41,190 bases of DNA from a virus. The stretch spans positions 1-41,190 of the IMG/VR virus record IMGVR_UViG_3300045988_109834. One strand, 5' to 3'. Positions 41,086-41,190 of this stretch are shown here, in pieces; position 1 is the first letter of the stretch, and each line of letters begins with the position of its first letter. Position numbers and translations under genes: made by a program. The notes beneath the pieces were generated by a model that was not told the DNA's origin, searched no databases, and saw only the letters and a program-made list of their open reading frames with translations.

Positions 41086-41190
41086 TATAAGGATGTGACA
41101 TAAATGTATGCAGACCGTAGCTATTACGAAACAGGGTATCTGTTAGGAAGATCTCCGGTAATTCCGGAAGGGATATACCCTTACTGGGAG
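41072..41190. repeat. Terminal direct repeat, copy B (identical to 1-119)
   Basis: Exact 119-bp duplicate of the window start. Confidence 0.95.
41104..41190 (+). CDS. Partial duplicate of the connector gene at 33-431 (window edge)
   Basis: The same sequence as 33-119, truncated by the window end. Confidence 0.9.
   Translation, partial: MYADRSYYETGYLLGRSPVIPEGIYPYWE

Overview
The window is a complete tailed-phage or excised-prophage genome closed on itself. Bases 1-119 are repeated exactly at 41072-41190, so the unique length is 41071 bp. Almost all genes are on the + strand, have AGGAGG-type ribosome binding sites, and are often ATGA-coupled. XkdX, Prp, an SH3b-type lysin and an AP2-type integrase point to a Firmicutes/Clostridia-type host.

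Modules in map order:
- Head-tail joining, major tail protein, chaperones and tape measure: 33-6008.
- Distal tail protein and a 1847-aa Ig-like/LRR tail protein: 6017-12063.
- Tail-fibre genes: 12064-15134.
- A canonical diversity-generating retroelement (DGR; target, avd-like ORF, template repeat TR, reverse transcriptase RT): 13914-17078.
- XkdX, holin and endolysin: 17135-19664.
- attP-like repeats, tyrosine integrase and the lysogeny switch: 19665-22713.
- Early genes, including an HUH Rep-like protein, an RNase H-like protein, ParA, a 709-aa ParB-like protein and many small Cys-rich ORFs: 22714-33309.
- tRNA-Met(CAT): 33593-33665.
- terS, terL, portal, minor head protein, Prp-like protease, scaffold and HK97-type capsid: 33704-41085.

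The standout is the DGR. Its 124-bp variable repeat (VR) at the 3' end of the last tail-fibre gene differs from the TR at 19 positions, and every one is an adenine in the TR.

Other points worth follow-up:
- A phage-encoded Prp protease, with matching MNLxhFD leaders on the scaffold and capsid proteins.
- Integrase, ParAB and Rep present together.
- Two families of recurring palindromes.
- A candidate pac repeat inside terS.

All functional calls come from motif recognition and synteny by eye. No database search was run.
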